NCBI GenBank assembly: GCA_964575265.1
Contig: CAZNPD010000002.1
Coordinates: 196,367-260,366 of the forward strand
Length of the DNA: 64,000 nt
Direction of reading: 5' to 3'
Origin: an uncultured Pseudomonadota bacterium
GTDB taxonomy: Bacteria; Babelota; Babeliae; Babelales; Vermiphilaceae
Each line of letters starts with the position of its first letter. The stretch's first letter is position 1. Below, piece after piece: positions 1-9,422 of the stretch. The notes under the pieces were generated by a model. The model was not told where the DNA came from and did not search any database. It saw nothing but the letters and a program-made list of their open reading frames with translations. A program made the position numbers and the translations under genes.

Positions 1-666
1 TTTTACAAAATCAATTGATATATTATTATTCGATGCTGATTCAAGTGCCGCTCCTACAATACGTCTAATCATATAACGTAAAAACTTTGGTCCTTTTACT
101 ACAATACGATATGCTTCCCACTCTTGTATATATTCAATATCTATTGAATCAATGGTTCGAATAGTATCATCTCCCATCTCATCGCCAGTACAAAATGATC
201 TAAAATCATGCGTACCCACAAACACTTGTAACGTATTCCGCAACTTATCAAAATCTACCGGAAAGCGATAATAGGTTCCATATCTGGCTATCATTGGTAA
301 TGGACGTTTAAGAAAGAAATGATACCAATATGTCTTTTGTATCACATCAGTATACAAATTAAACTTCTCGTCTGCATACATTACATCACGTAGCAAAATA
401 CTTGATGGTAATAGATTATTCCATGCATGCATCAATGTTGCGGGCGTAACTTTTAAATCAGTAGTACAGAGCGCTGTTTGCCCATGCGCATGGACTCCCG
501 CATCGGTACGTGAGGCTCCTTGCAATGCTATTGAACGATTAAATACTCTTTTAAATGTATCAATAAGCACTCCCGCAACAGATGGAACTTCATCTTGAAA
601 TTGCCATCCATGATAATCTGTTCCATCATAGGCAATAATAAGTCTATATCGAGTATTCACATTCAT
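1..666 (-). CDS. truA: tRNA pseudouridine synthase A, C-terminus cut by window edge
   Basis: Not in the ORF track because it runs off the window. My translation of the minus strand from the ATG at 664-666 gives MNVNTRYRLIIAYDGTDYHGWQFQDEVPSVAGVLIDTFKRVFNRSIALQGASRTDAGVHAHG. The YDGT.Y.GWQ N-terminus and the RTDAGVHA catalytic-Asp motif are typical of TruA. No stop in the N-terminal ~60 and last ~17 codons I translated; the middle was not checked codon by codon. Confidence 0.85.
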   Translation of the reverse strand, partial: MNVNTRYRLIIAYDGTDYHGWQFQDEVPSVAGVLIDTFKRVFNRSIALQGASRTDAGVHAHGQTALCTTDLKVTPATLMHAWNNLLPSSILLRDVMYADEKFNLYTDVIQKTYWYHFFLKRPLPMIARYGTYYRFPVDFDKLRNTLQVFVGTHDFRSFCTGDEMGDDTIRTIDSIDIEYIQEWEAYRIVVKGPKFLRYMIRRIVGAALESASNNNISIDFVK

Positions 667-752
667 CGTCTATTGAATAAAGATAATAATTAGATCTAAA
701 ACAAATCGTATATTTAGATTACACAATAGCATAAATCAATCACTATCATATG

Positions 753-1106
753 TTATGGATTAAAAACATTACCTATAGACATTACATATGAACCAAAACC
801 TACAGTTCCTGCAATAACGCTTGTACATATAATACTCAGCGATACCACTCCTATTAACTGCATTGTTGTCCATTTCTTGTCTTGATTTTGATCATTTGTC
901 ATCAATCGTTCATTTAACACTTGCTCAAGTAAACATTTAAACTCTTTTATTAATTGCTCTATTTGAGCATAATCATGACTTTTTTGAGCTTCGTGCAATT
1001 GATGTGATATTTTCTGTATCTGCTACTGATAGGCAAAAGCATCTTGCGCATAGAGTGGCTGCGACAATACCATGCATCCCAACAATGCTATTTTTATTCT
1101 ATTCAT
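753..1106 (-). pseudogene. small signal-peptide/C-terminal-TM protein interrupted by one in-frame TAG (paralog of 1142..1513)
   Basis: The minus-strand ATG at 1104-1106 encodes MNRIKIALLGCMVLSQPLYAQDAFAYQ. A TAG follows at 1023-1025, and the same frame then continues QIQKISHQLHEAQKSHDYAQIEQ... into track ORF 753..998. The whole reading aligns with the neighbouring 123-aa protein, and the TAG sits opposite a Glu codon. Confidence 0.5.
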
Positions 1107-1141
1107 TATGATAATCCTTCTTGTTATATACATATTTATTA

Positions 1142-1513
1142 TCAAAACTTTACCGGCGATTTAATAAACTCGTATGCCATCTTCCATGCTATAATAATGA
1201 AAGGAGCACATATCGCAAAACAGAGAACTCCTTTTAACAAATCGGAAGCTCTCGAGTCTTCATACTCAATATGTGGATGTATCACAACATTTTTACGCGC
1301 ATTTTTTACTGGTGTTTGTATCATTGAAGAAGTCTGTTCAAGCATATATGCTAATTGTTCTGCGAGTTGTCCCATGCGAACGGCATCGCGTGCTTCATGA
1401 GCGTCACGCAATTGATTTCGAATAGTATCTATTTCTTGCTGTGAAAATTGTTGTGTATACAACGCGCTTGTCATTATCAAACATCCAACGAACATTAATT
1501 TTTTATGTAGCAT
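1142..1513 (-). CDS. hypothetical small exported protein with C-terminal TM segment
   Basis: Track ORF. N-terminal hydrophobic signal-like segment MLHKKLMFVGCLIMTSALY, a helical middle and a C-terminal hydrophobic stretch VLCFAICAPFIIIAW. No known motif. Confidence 0.55.
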   Translation of the reverse strand: MLHKKLMFVGCLIMTSALYTQQFSQQEIDTIRNQLRDAHEARDAVRMGQLAEQLAYMLEQTSSMIQTPVKNARKNVVIHPHIEYEDSRASDLLKGVLCFAICAPFIIIAWKMAYEFIKSPVKF

Positions 1514-1604
1514 ACAATACTCTCTATTTATACATTGGTTTCTACTCTAAATACATGCGTTTTATTCTATCACAGGACACATAAAATACTAGAATGATAG
1601 CAAT

Positions 1605-1640
1605 AGAAAAGAGGGACATTGTATTTAGCAATGTCCCTCT
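1605..1640 (-). terminator. rho-independent terminator downstream of typA
   Basis: Perfect 12-bp inverted repeat AGAGGGACATTG / CAATGTCCCTCT (1610-1621 / 1629-1640). An A-run on the plus strand gives a U-run on the minus transcript. Confidence 0.6.
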
Positions 1641-1667
1641 TATAATTACATATCAAAACGATAGGTA

Positions 1668-3467
1668 TTAACGCATTGAAGCTCGTAATACTTTTTTACG
1701 TAAACGAATGCTCTTTGGCGTTACTTCGATAAGCTCATCTGGCTTGATCCATTCCATACATGTTTCAAGATCCATAGTCTTAACTGGTGCAAGCTTAACT
1801 GCATCATCAGTTCCTGATGCACGCATGTTAGTCAATTTCTTAGCCTTACATGGATTTACATCAAGATCATTATCACGGCTATGCTCACCAACGATCATAC
1901 CTTCATACACATTATCGCCTGGCTCTACAAATAAGATTCCTCGTGCTTGTAATCCATCTAATGCATATGCAGTTACAACACCCTGTTCCATTGAAACAAG
2001 CGCACCCTTTGTACGAGTAGAGACATCACCTTTGTATGGTTGGTATCCTTCAAAGCTGAAGTTTACAATACCCGTACCACGTGTATCAGTTAAGAATTGA
2101 CTTCTGAATCCTAATAACGTTCGAGATGGCACTTCATATTCAAGACGCACACGACCACTTTCAAGCATCGTCATGTTACGCATATATGCCTTTCTCTTCC
2201 CCAAGTTTTCCATAACGATACCTTGGTGTTCTTCTGGCACATCGATCAATACATATTCAATCGGTTCATTTTTCACGCCATCGATTGTCTTGTAAATAAC
2301 TTCCGGTGCTGAAACTTGCATTTCAAAACCTTCACGACGCATATTCTCAATCAAGACACCTAAATGCAATTGACCTCTACCAGATAACTTAAATACATCA
2401 GGAGAGTTAGTTGGTTCTACACGTAATGCAACATTGGTCTTTAATTCTTTTTCTAACCGTTCTTTAAGATGGCGAGATGTTAAAAATGTCCCTTCTCTAC
2501 CATTGAATGGAGAGTCATTCACACTCATATACATGCTTAATGTTGGTTCATCAACTTTAACGTATGGATATGGATCTGCTTGACCAACTTGGCAAATTGT
2601 TGCACCCAGTGTTGGTGGCACATCAAATCCAGTTACCGCAACAATATCACCAAATGATGCCTGTGGTGTTTCAACTTTGTTCAGACCAACAAATGTGAAT
2701 ATTTTTGTAATACGAGTAGGACTACTTATGTAATCATCCTGACAGCAGATTACCTGATCGCCTACTTTGATTGATCCACTAAAGATACGTCCAACAGCTA
2801 TTGGTCCAAGAAATTCGGAATTGTCGAGGTTAGTAATCAATATTTGTAAATGATCTTTTTTATTGATTGGTGCTGGAATAGTATTGATAATTGCATCAAA
2901 CAATTGCTTCATATCTTGTGTCGGTTCAGCAGGATTTTTAGTCATAAATCCTTGACGAGAAGATCCATAGAGAATCGGAAAATCAAGCTGACTTTCATTC
3001 ACTGCCAAATCTAAGAATAGATCGTGTACTGCATTTTCTGTACGATTAATATCAGCATCTTTACGATCAATCTTATTGATTACAACAATTGGTCTCAAAT
3101 TAAGTTGCAATGCTTTTTGCAATACAAAGCGAGTACCTGGAAGCACCCCTTCTGCAGCATCAACTAACAATAAGAATCCTTCAACCATTTGAAGTGTACG
3201 TTCAACTTCTCCACCAAAGTCACTATGGCCTGGAGTATCAACGATGTTAATCACATAATCGTTGTAACGGATACCAGTATTTTTTGCCAAAATAGTAATA
3301 CCACGTTCCTGCTCAAGCTTGTTGGAATCCATCACACGATCTTGGCTTCCTTGGATAGTACCAGATTGACGAAGCAATTGGTCAACGAGCGTTGTTTTAC
3401 CATGGTCAACGTGAGCAATGATAGCAATGTTACGAACAGTATTTCGAACTTCTCTTTGTGTATTCAT
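1668..3467 (-). CDS. typA: translational GTPase TypA/BipA
   Basis: AIIAHVDHGKTTLVD G1 motif, DTPGH, NKID, and EF-G-like domain order throughout. Start moved to the internal ATG at 3465-3467 (MNTQREVRN...), which gives the normal distance to the G1 motif. Confidence 0.9.
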   Translation of the reverse strand: MNTQREVRNTVRNIAIIAHVDHGKTTLVDQLLRQSGTIQGSQDRVMDSNKLEQERGITILAKNTGIRYNDYVINIVDTPGHSDFGGEVERTLQMVEGFLLLVDAAEGVLPGTRFVLQKALQLNLRPIVVINKIDRKDADINRTENAVHDLFLDLAVNESQLDFPILYGSSRQGFMTKNPAEPTQDMKQLFDAIINTIPAPINKKDHLQILITNLDNSEFLGPIAVGRIFSGSIKVGDQVICCQDDYISSPTRITKIFTFVGLNKVETPQASFGDIVAVTGFDVPPTLGATICQVGQADPYPYVKVDEPTLSMYMSVNDSPFNGREGTFLTSRHLKERLEKELKTNVALRVEPTNSPDVFKLSGRGQLHLGVLIENMRREGFEMQVSAPEVIYKTIDGVKNEPIEYVLIDVPEEHQGIVMENLGKRKAYMRNMTMLESGRVRLEYEVPSRTLLGFRSQFLTDTRGTGIVNFSFEGYQPYKGDVSTRTKGALVSMEQGVVTAYALDGLQARGILFVEPGDNVYEGMIVGEHSRDNDLDVNPCKAKKLTNMRASGTDDAVKLAPVKTMDLETCMEWIKPDELIEVTPKSIRLRKKVLRASMR

Positions 3468-3633
3468 AAATTTATAGGTCCATATATAGAGTATGCCAAA
3501 ACAATTGCTACTCATGTTATGTTTGCGCAATAAGGTCAAATGCTCGCACTATTATAATGCACGAGCATTTGTATACTTTTACTCTTTCCGATTTCGCTAA
3601 AAGCTATACCGGATAAGCCGTGACGACTATCTA

Positions 3634-3918
3634 TTAGTATTGAGATGTATACGAAAGAAGCGCAAGTGTTCTTGATTTACGAATTTCACGTGACAATGCT
3701 CGTTGATGACGTGCACAGTTACCAGAAATACGTGATGGTAAAATTTTACCACGTTCGGTCAAGAATGAACGAAGGAATGTCGCATTCTTGTAATCAATAT
3801 TATACTTTTGCTCATCATTTCCACAGAATCTGCAATGCTTTTCACCACTACCAGCTCCACGACGAGAGCGTTTTTTTACCAAACGAGCACTGATTTTTAA
3901 TTTAATTTTTTTTGTCAT
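3634..3918 (-). CDS. rpsR: 30S ribosomal protein S18
   Basis: CRFC...IDYKN...L..F..ERGKILP.R.SG.CA.HQR.L...IK.ARTLALL pattern typical of S18. Confidence 0.9.
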   Translation of the reverse strand: MTKKIKLKISARLVKKRSRRGAGSGEKHCRFCGNDEQKYNIDYKNATFLRSFLTERGKILPSRISGNCARHQRALSREIRKSRTLALLSYTSQY

Positions 3919-3954
3919 GTTCTTATACCTTTAGCCTAATACGCTATGTAAACC

Positions 3955-4392
3955 TTATTCTTCAACACCCTGCATATCTTGACTCATATCATCAAGTCCT
4001 TTGCTCTCTTGATCTGCTCTATCTCTAAACATAGCATCTCTGCCTGTTGGAGCCTCTTCTAATGAGCGTGGGCGTTGATAGGTAAGAGGTTGTTTTGCAT
4101 CAAGAGCTGCAATCATATGACGCATTACAACTTCGTTGTAACGAACCATAAGTGTTGCACGAATATCTGCGAGAACATCAACATTAGGAAGTTCAAAACG
4201 AACCAAGAAATAGACTCCATAATCATTCTTTTGAATAGGATATGCAAGTTTATACTTACCCCATCGTTCGTATGATATGATAGAACCTTTACCATCATTA
4301 ATGATTTTGGTAATGGAAGATTCAATAGCGGCCGTCTCATCTTGAGTAATTTCAGGCACTGTTAAAATCAGCGCCTCATAACGATTTACCAT
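3955..4392 (-). CDS. rpsF: 30S ribosomal protein S6 with acidic C-terminal tail
   Basis: MVNRYEALILTVPEI...ISYERWGKYKLAYPI is typical of S6. The ATG at 4390-4392 has a GAGGA sequence 9 nt upstream; the track start at 4401 is a TTG. Confidence 0.9.
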   Translation of the reverse strand: MVNRYEALILTVPEITQDETAAIESSITKIINDGKGSIISYERWGKYKLAYPIQKNDYGVYFLVRFELPNVDVLADIRATLMVRYNEVVMRHMIAALDAKQPLTYQRPRSLEEAPTGRDAMFRDRADQESKGLDDMSQDMQGVEE

Positions 4393-4490
4393 ATGTGGCA
4401 ATCCTCAACTAACTGGAAGCGTTATACATATAAACACTATAAAGCGTGAGCCATTTGCTCGCTTTATTTAGCATCAGGACCATCCTGATA

Positions 4491-4535
4491 TAAAAAATAT
4501 ACCAAAAAGCCAATATTTTACTAGCTTTTTGGTAT
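4491..4535 (-). terminator. rho-independent terminator downstream of the XRE/S24 repressor gene
   Basis: 12-bp perfect stem ATACCAAAAAGC / GCTTTTTGGTAT (4499-4510 / 4524-4535), followed on the minus strand by a U6 run (plus-strand A6 at 4492-4497). Confidence 0.75.
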
Positions 4536-4563
4536 ATACCGATATCTAAAAATAGAATTTTTC

Positions 4564-5241
4564 TTATGCAAATCGTTGCTGTCTTTGAACTACTCTTCCA
4601 ATAATCCTGAAATGATCCTTGCCTCGAATCAAGGCAATTGGTGATTGTTTATGATTCACTGATTCCAATACGATAAAATCTTCAGTGTACGTTACCGCCA
4701 TAATTGCTTTAACCGGAGTATCATTGCCATATTCAACTGCTGCAATATCACTTGATCGAGCCCAAACTTCCGGAGATATGATTAAGTAATCTCCCTTCAC
4801 GAATGTTGGCGCCATGCTATTACTCTCTATATGAAGAGCAAACATTGATGCATCAGTAGAGTTGAGCACTGGCACAAATACATCCTTATAGCCTGTTGTA
4901 ATCTGCATAAGTTGATTATTGTAAGGAGATGGGTTTGATGGAATCTCTCCAACTACAGGTACAACTTGAACGCTTAGTACAACATCAGATTTTTCTGGCA
5001 TGCTTACATTGCGATCAATATTATCAGTTCGTTGGCGGTGCTCTACAAAGAGGTCAACCGGACTAATTTCAAATGCATTTGCTAATTTACGAAGAGAGTC
5101 TTCATTCCAACGACGAGTTCCGTTTTTGATATGAGTCAGATAACTTTCTGACATTCCCGTCTTTTCTGCTAAAATTTTGGTTGTCCAGCCTTTTTCGCGT
5201 AATAATTCTTTCACACGCAGTTGTGTCAATCTTGATGACAT
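4564..5241 (-). CDS. XRE-type HTH + S24 peptidase repressor (LexA/CI-like)
   Basis: N-terminal HTH_3-like LRVKELLREKGWTTKILAEKTGMSESYLTHIKNG. Linker VVPVVGEIPSNPSP. S24 Ser motif SNSMAPTFVKGDYLIISP and downstream Lys (TPVKAIM). Confidence 0.75.
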   Translation of the reverse strand: MSSRLTQLRVKELLREKGWTTKILAEKTGMSESYLTHIKNGTRRWNEDSLRKLANAFEISPVDLFVEHRQRTDNIDRNVSMPEKSDVVLSVQVVPVVGEIPSNPSPYNNQLMQITTGYKDVFVPVLNSTDASMFALHIESNSMAPTFVKGDYLIISPEVWARSSDIAAVEYGNDTPVKAIMAVTYTEDFIVLESVNHKQSPIALIRGKDHFRIIGRVVQRQQRFA

Positions 5242-5264
5242 ATCAACTCCTCTACTTTATACTA

Positions 5265-5280
5265 TACCAACAAATTGGTA
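5265..5280. promoter_or_regulatory. candidate operator palindrome TACCAA-N4-TTGGTA in the divergent repressor/rnhB intergenic region
   Basis: Perfect 6-bp inverted repeat with a 4-nt spacer, 24 bp upstream of the repressor start codon. Function is inferred only. Confidence 0.3.
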
Positions 5281-5349
5281 GTATGATTAAAATCACTGCC
5301 TTATTACTAATTGTACGCAAAACATTAAACAAGTCAATTGGAATGGACC

Positions 5350-6081
5350 ATGACACCTCGGTTTAAACACGCAAATTTCGAAAAAAACACCCTAGAAAAA
5401 GAATTTTGGGCTCAAAACAGACCTATTATTGGCATAGATGAAGTTGGCAGAGGATGTCTTGCTGGACCAGTGGTTACCGCTGCAGTTTGCCTGCCGCCCT
5501 ACACAGCTCCCGACTTTCTACTCGATTCGAAAGCTATGACAGCGAAAGAGCGATGTGATGCCTATGAATGGATAGCTGCTCATTGCATCTTTTCGCTTGG
5601 CATTGTTAACCATACAACGATTGATACCATAAATATTTGGCATGCAACGTTACGTGCTATGAAAAAAGCAGCTTTGCACATCACGGTTCAACTTCCTCAA
5701 TTACCGGGAGCAATACTTGTTGATGCAATGCCATTATCACTCTCTCATACCATTCTTGAACAAGTCACCGTACATTCATATATTCAAGGAGAGAGATGGT
5801 CAAGCTCAATTGCTGCCGCGTCTATTGTTGCTAAAGTTACACGTGATCGCTTAATGGTTTTACTCGATACGCATTTTCCACAATATCATTTAGCACAACA
5901 TAAAGGTTATAGTACCTCATTACATAAGATGTCTATTCTTGCTGAACGACATAGCATTATTCATAGACTCTCATTTTTACAAAAAATCGTAACTTCCTTG
6001 TCCGGCATAGCCAAGGCGACAACGGACATACCAACACAAGAGAACTATCATGATTATGACCAACAACAATCCCTTTGGTGA
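5350..6081 (+). CDS. rnhB: ribonuclease HII
   Basis: IGIDEVGRGCLAGPVV catalytic motif and DSK... downstream motifs. First in-frame ATG is at 5350; the track start at 5338 is a TTG. Confidence 0.85.
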   Translation: MTPRFKHANFEKNTLEKEFWAQNRPIIGIDEVGRGCLAGPVVTAAVCLPPYTAPDFLLDSKAMTAKERCDAYEWIAAHCIFSLGIVNHTTIDTINIWHATLRAMKKAALHITVQLPQLPGAILVDAMPLSLSHTILEQVTVHSYIQGERWSSSIAAASIVAKVTRDRLMVLLDTHFPQYHLAQHKGYSTSLHKMSILAERHSIIHRLSFLQKIVTSLSGIAKATTDIPTQENYHDYDQQQSLW

Positions 6082-6655
6082 AATTATAGAAAGTTCGCTC
6101 ACACATTGGACTGCACAATCATGGCAGTGGGATACATTTCCTCACTTTGGATCGATTGTAGCTGTTCAACAAGGATATCGAACGTTAATTGGCATTGTGC
6201 ATAAAGTAGAGACTGGCTCTTCAGATCCGAGTCGTCAACCATATGCATATCAGAAAACAGAAGCTGAATTACTTGCTGAGCAACCACAAATTTTTGAATT
6301 TCTTAAAACGACATTTACATCGCTAACACTTGGTTATGTCGATGCAGGAAAACCATACTATATGATTGCGCCACAGCCACCAAAAATTCATGCATTTGTT
6401 CAATTGGTATCTACCGATCTATTTCAATTATTTTTCTGCAAGCCTTATTATCTCCACATTCTCTTTGGCAACGCTCACCTTGTTGAAAATATTGATGAGC
6501 TCTTATTAGGATTACTTGCACAACATACACAACATGATAGAGTAAGCAATCAGAAAATAAGACATTTTATGGAACAGTATTCATTGTTAACAGGAAATGA
6601 TTATCGCCGGACAAAGTTATTTTTACAGCGAGCAACACAATTTATAGGAGAATAA
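6050..6655 (+). CDS. hypothetical cytoplasmic protein, overlaps the rnhB 3' end by 32 nt
   Basis: 201-aa track ORF with no signal peptide and no motif I can name. Confidence 0.5.
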   Translation: MIMTNNNPFGEIIESSLTHWTAQSWQWDTFPHFGSIVAVQQGYRTLIGIVHKVETGSSDPSRQPYAYQKTEAELLAEQPQIFEFLKTTFTSLTLGYVDAGKPYYMIAPQPPKIHAFVQLVSTDLFQLFFCKPYYLHILFGNAHLVENIDELLLGLLAQHTQHDRVSNQKIRHFMEQYSLLTGNDYRRTKLFLQRATQFIGE

Positions 6656-6659
6656 TAGC

Positions 6660-6971
6660 ATGGAAAAGGCTCTCTTTGTATTGCTCATATTAATAACACC
6701 TGCTATCTTTACAAGTCAAACATGCGAAGAAAACAATTATCATATTGATGCCAATATAATACATACAATGTCACTCTCTCAACAAATAGATCATATGCGC
6801 TCTGAGATCAAAAAATATAATAGATTTATCAAAAGACTTCATCGCTCATCTTCTATGCACACATCAGATACATATAAAAAGAAAGAACAGAATTTAATAA
6901 ATTATAAGAAAACAACAAAAACCCTGTTAGATCATTTTTTGCTAATAAACTGGCTTCATGAATCACTATAA
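6660..6971 (+). CDS. hypothetical small secreted helical protein
   Basis: Signal-like MEKALFVLLILITPAIFTSQ. The SQQIDHMRSEIKK stretch resembles SQQEIDTIRNQLRD of the 1142..1513 product. Confidence 0.5.
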   Translation: MEKALFVLLILITPAIFTSQTCEENNYHIDANIIHTMSLSQQIDHMRSEIKKYNRFIKRLHRSSSMHTSDTYKKKEQNLINYKKTTKTLLDHFLLINWLHESL

Positions 6972-7018
6972 GGTTTTAAAAATCATTACCATCACTACCA
7001 CAATACAGGATATCTTCT

Positions 7019-7546
7019 ATGAAAAATTTATTTATTCTACCATTCATGTCATTACAGCTTACGGCATACGCAAGCCAAAGCACGCTCATACGGATAGGCA
7101 ATGGCGCTCCAAGTATAAAAGAACAGATCAAGACATGGGAATATGAAAAACAACAACGATATGCCACTCATGTCATGCCTACTGCTGAGCAAGACGTCCA
7201 AAAACATATAGCATACTTAGATGCTAAAATACAAGAGCTCAGCCTTGTTATTAGAAAACTGGGAAAAGGTCTTTCGCATCACGCAAATTCAAACAGCAGA
7301 AATGAATGTCATATGGAAATCACCCATGCGAGTGGCTTTGCAAGCCTTGAATACGCAAAAAGCTATTATGCATGGAATGCATATTGCGCAATTCAAAGTA
7401 AATATGAAGAAATGTATTTTGATAAAATTGACGAGAGAGAACAGCTATTGCGCGAAAAGACTCAGATGGAAAAAATACTTTGTGGATTCTTGAAGAATGA
7501 TGCAACACCTCAAAAGCATTCTTCAAAAAATAAGAATCATCAATAG
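7019..7546 (+). CDS. hypothetical secreted protein
   Basis: Signal-like MKNLFILPFMSLQLTAYA. Otherwise helical and charged, with no known motif. Confidence 0.5.
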   Translation: MKNLFILPFMSLQLTAYASQSTLIRIGNGAPSIKEQIKTWEYEKQQRYATHVMPTAEQDVQKHIAYLDAKIQELSLVIRKLGKGLSHHANSNSRNECHMEITHASGFASLEYAKSYYAWNAYCAIQSKYEEMYFDKIDEREQLLREKTQMEKILCGFLKNDATPQKHSSKNKNHQ

Positions 7547-7656
7547 TACATCGATACAATCTCATCTTGAAAAATGAGCTGTACTTTTTTTCAATAATTG
7601 TGCATCCTGTGTTGATAATTTAGAATATCGATATTTTCTCATAAAGTACTTATTTC

Positions 7657-8547
7657 ATGTTTAGTTTTATCAAAAAATCATTACAAAAAATTTACTCCCA
7701 TATCACTTCAAAGCTAGCTTCGCTCTTTGGACGTACAACTATCGATGAACAAACATTACAAGAACTCGAAGTACTTCTCATCAGTGCTGATACAGGCATG
7801 CGAACTACGCGATATATTATGGATGCATTACGTAATAAGCTTACGTATAATCCTGAGATGAAAGGATCGCAGCTGCAACATGAGCTCGGTCTAATTCTTA
7901 CCGATATTCTGCAAAAACCATCAATAACTAATGAATCATCTATCTATCTACTCGTTGGCATCAATGGAAGTGGCAAAACTACATTTGCAAGTAAGCTCGC
8001 ATATCGTGAGAAACAACGCGGAAAGAAAGTTTTAATGGTTGCTGCCGATACTTTTCGTGCCGCAGCACCAGAGCAATTAAAAAAATGGGCAGATAAAACG
8101 GGAGCAACTATCCACCTTGGAACTGCTGGCCAAGATCCTGCTTCTGTTGTCTTCTCTGGCTGCGAACAATTTAAAAAAAATCATTTTGATACATTGATTA
8201 TTGATACGGCAGGACGATTGCAGACAAAGATTAATCTTATGAATGAATTGAGTAAAATTAAACGTATCATTTCAAAACAGTTTCCAGATACGTCAATTAC
8301 CACTATTTTGACTATAGACTCGATGCTTGGCCAAAATTCATTTGAACAAGCACGCTTATTCCAAGAAAGCACCGATGTATCCGGTATTGTACTTACTAAA
8401 ATGGATGGCACTGCTAAAGGTGGTATTGTCTTTGGAATTGCTCATGAGCTTAATATTCCCGTTATGTATATCTCTTTTGGTGAACATCCAGATGCATTGA
8501 AAGCATTTGATAGCACATTATATGTGCATGAACTCTTACACAATTAA
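7657..8547 (+). CDS. ftsY: signal recognition particle receptor FtsY (NG domain only)
   Basis: GINGSGKTTFASKLA (G1), DTAGRL (G3), TKMDGTAKGG (G4). Confidence 0.9.
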   Translation: MFSFIKKSLQKIYSHITSKLASLFGRTTIDEQTLQELEVLLISADTGMRTTRYIMDALRNKLTYNPEMKGSQLQHELGLILTDILQKPSITNESSIYLLVGINGSGKTTFASKLAYREKQRGKKVLMVAADTFRAAAPEQLKKWADKTGATIHLGTAGQDPASVVFSGCEQFKKNHFDTLIIDTAGRLQTKINLMNELSKIKRIISKQFPDTSITTILTIDSMLGQNSFEQARLFQESTDVSGIVLTKMDGTAKGGIVFGIAHELNIPVMYISFGEHPDALKAFDSTLYVHELLHN

Positions 8548-8624
8548 GTTGCTCTTTTAATTGACATCTGTTACGTTTGCTACCAGTTATAATCAAATAT
8601 CATATCAACGTAAAAAGGATCTCT

Positions 8625-9359
8625 ATGAAAATAATGATGTATTCTTTCGCAATGCTTCTCGCTTTATCTGGATCATGTGATGCATTTGGACCACGAAAAA
8701 AATCATCTACACGTAAAGATACAACACGTAAAGATACCAATCGCAAGAAAACAACTAAAGAATCTCAAGATAATTTTAAGGATATACGTACTGGATTCCT
8801 CGCTGAAATTAAAAAATATGAAAATCCAGTAGTTGTTCTTGTCTTAGAAGAATTATTACGCTTTAATGTCACAGATGCATCAGCTCTTCCTGCTGAATTG
8901 AGAAATGAACTTAATACTGTTAATCAAGCTCTCGAAGGACTCTCAGCTGAAGAACAAAATGAGATCATATTATCGTATATTAAACGAATCATTCCTTACT
9001 ATAGTTGTGTTGATAGCAGATTTATGCGTTTGCTAACAGAAGCTCAAAATAATAATGCGCAACTCCTACTTATAACACATCATCATGTAGCATGTTCAGA
9101 AGAATTATTTGAGCGATTACGTCAAGATGGTCTCTATATGCAACCATTATCATTTACAGAAGAGAATGATCTTACATTTGATCTCGGCAATACAACTGCA
9201 CATTATAAAAATGGCATTTTATTTGCTGAAACTCCCGAAACTGTTCGTGATGCATTTGAAGCATTAATTGAAGCCTCTCCTCGTGCTGTATCAATCTCTC
9301 CTATCTTACTCGGATCAGCTGCATTCTTATTAGGTGTAAGTACGGCTCCTACAGAATAA
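8625..9359 (+). CDS. hypothetical secreted protein with basic TRKDT repeats and a C-terminal hydrophobic tail
   Basis: Start moved to MKIMMYSFAMLLALSGSCDA (ATG at 8625). A 15-bp tandem repeat encodes TRKDT-TRKDT. The C-terminal ISPILLGSAAFLLGV segment is hydrophobic. Confidence 0.5.
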   Translation: MKIMMYSFAMLLALSGSCDAFGPRKKSSTRKDTTRKDTNRKKTTKESQDNFKDIRTGFLAEIKKYENPVVVLVLEELLRFNVTDASALPAELRNELNTVNQALEGLSAEEQNEIILSYIKRIIPYYSCVDSRFMRLLTEAQNNNAQLLLITHHHVACSEELFERLRQDGLYMQPLSFTEENDLTFDLGNTTAHYKNGILFAETPETVRDAFEALIEASPRAVSISPILLGSAAFLLGVSTAPTE

Positions 9360-9372
9360 AAACGCTATATTT

Positions 9373-9401
9373 AAAGCGAGCAGTATAAGACTGCTCGCTT
9401 T
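9373..9401 (+). terminator. hairpin terminator after the 8625..9359 gene
   Basis: 11-bp perfect stem AAAGCGAGCAG / CTGCTCGCTTT with a 7-nt loop. Confidence 0.55.
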
Positions 9402-9422
9402 AACAAAATACTATGTAATCTC

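Noticed and set aside
1023-1025. In-frame TAG as evidence of stop-codon reassignment
   Set aside because: TAG terminates well-conserved genes in this same window at their expected ends (mutL at 14064-14066, der at 30144-30146). A global reassignment is therefore not supported.
8625-9359. Assigning the 8625..9359 secreted protein to a HAD-like phosphatase fold (VVVLVLEELL in place of a DxDxT motif, LLLITHHH as motif II)
   Set aside because: The catalytic Asp residues are absent, and the resemblance rests on hydrophobic-strand patterns only. That is not enough without a profile or structure search.
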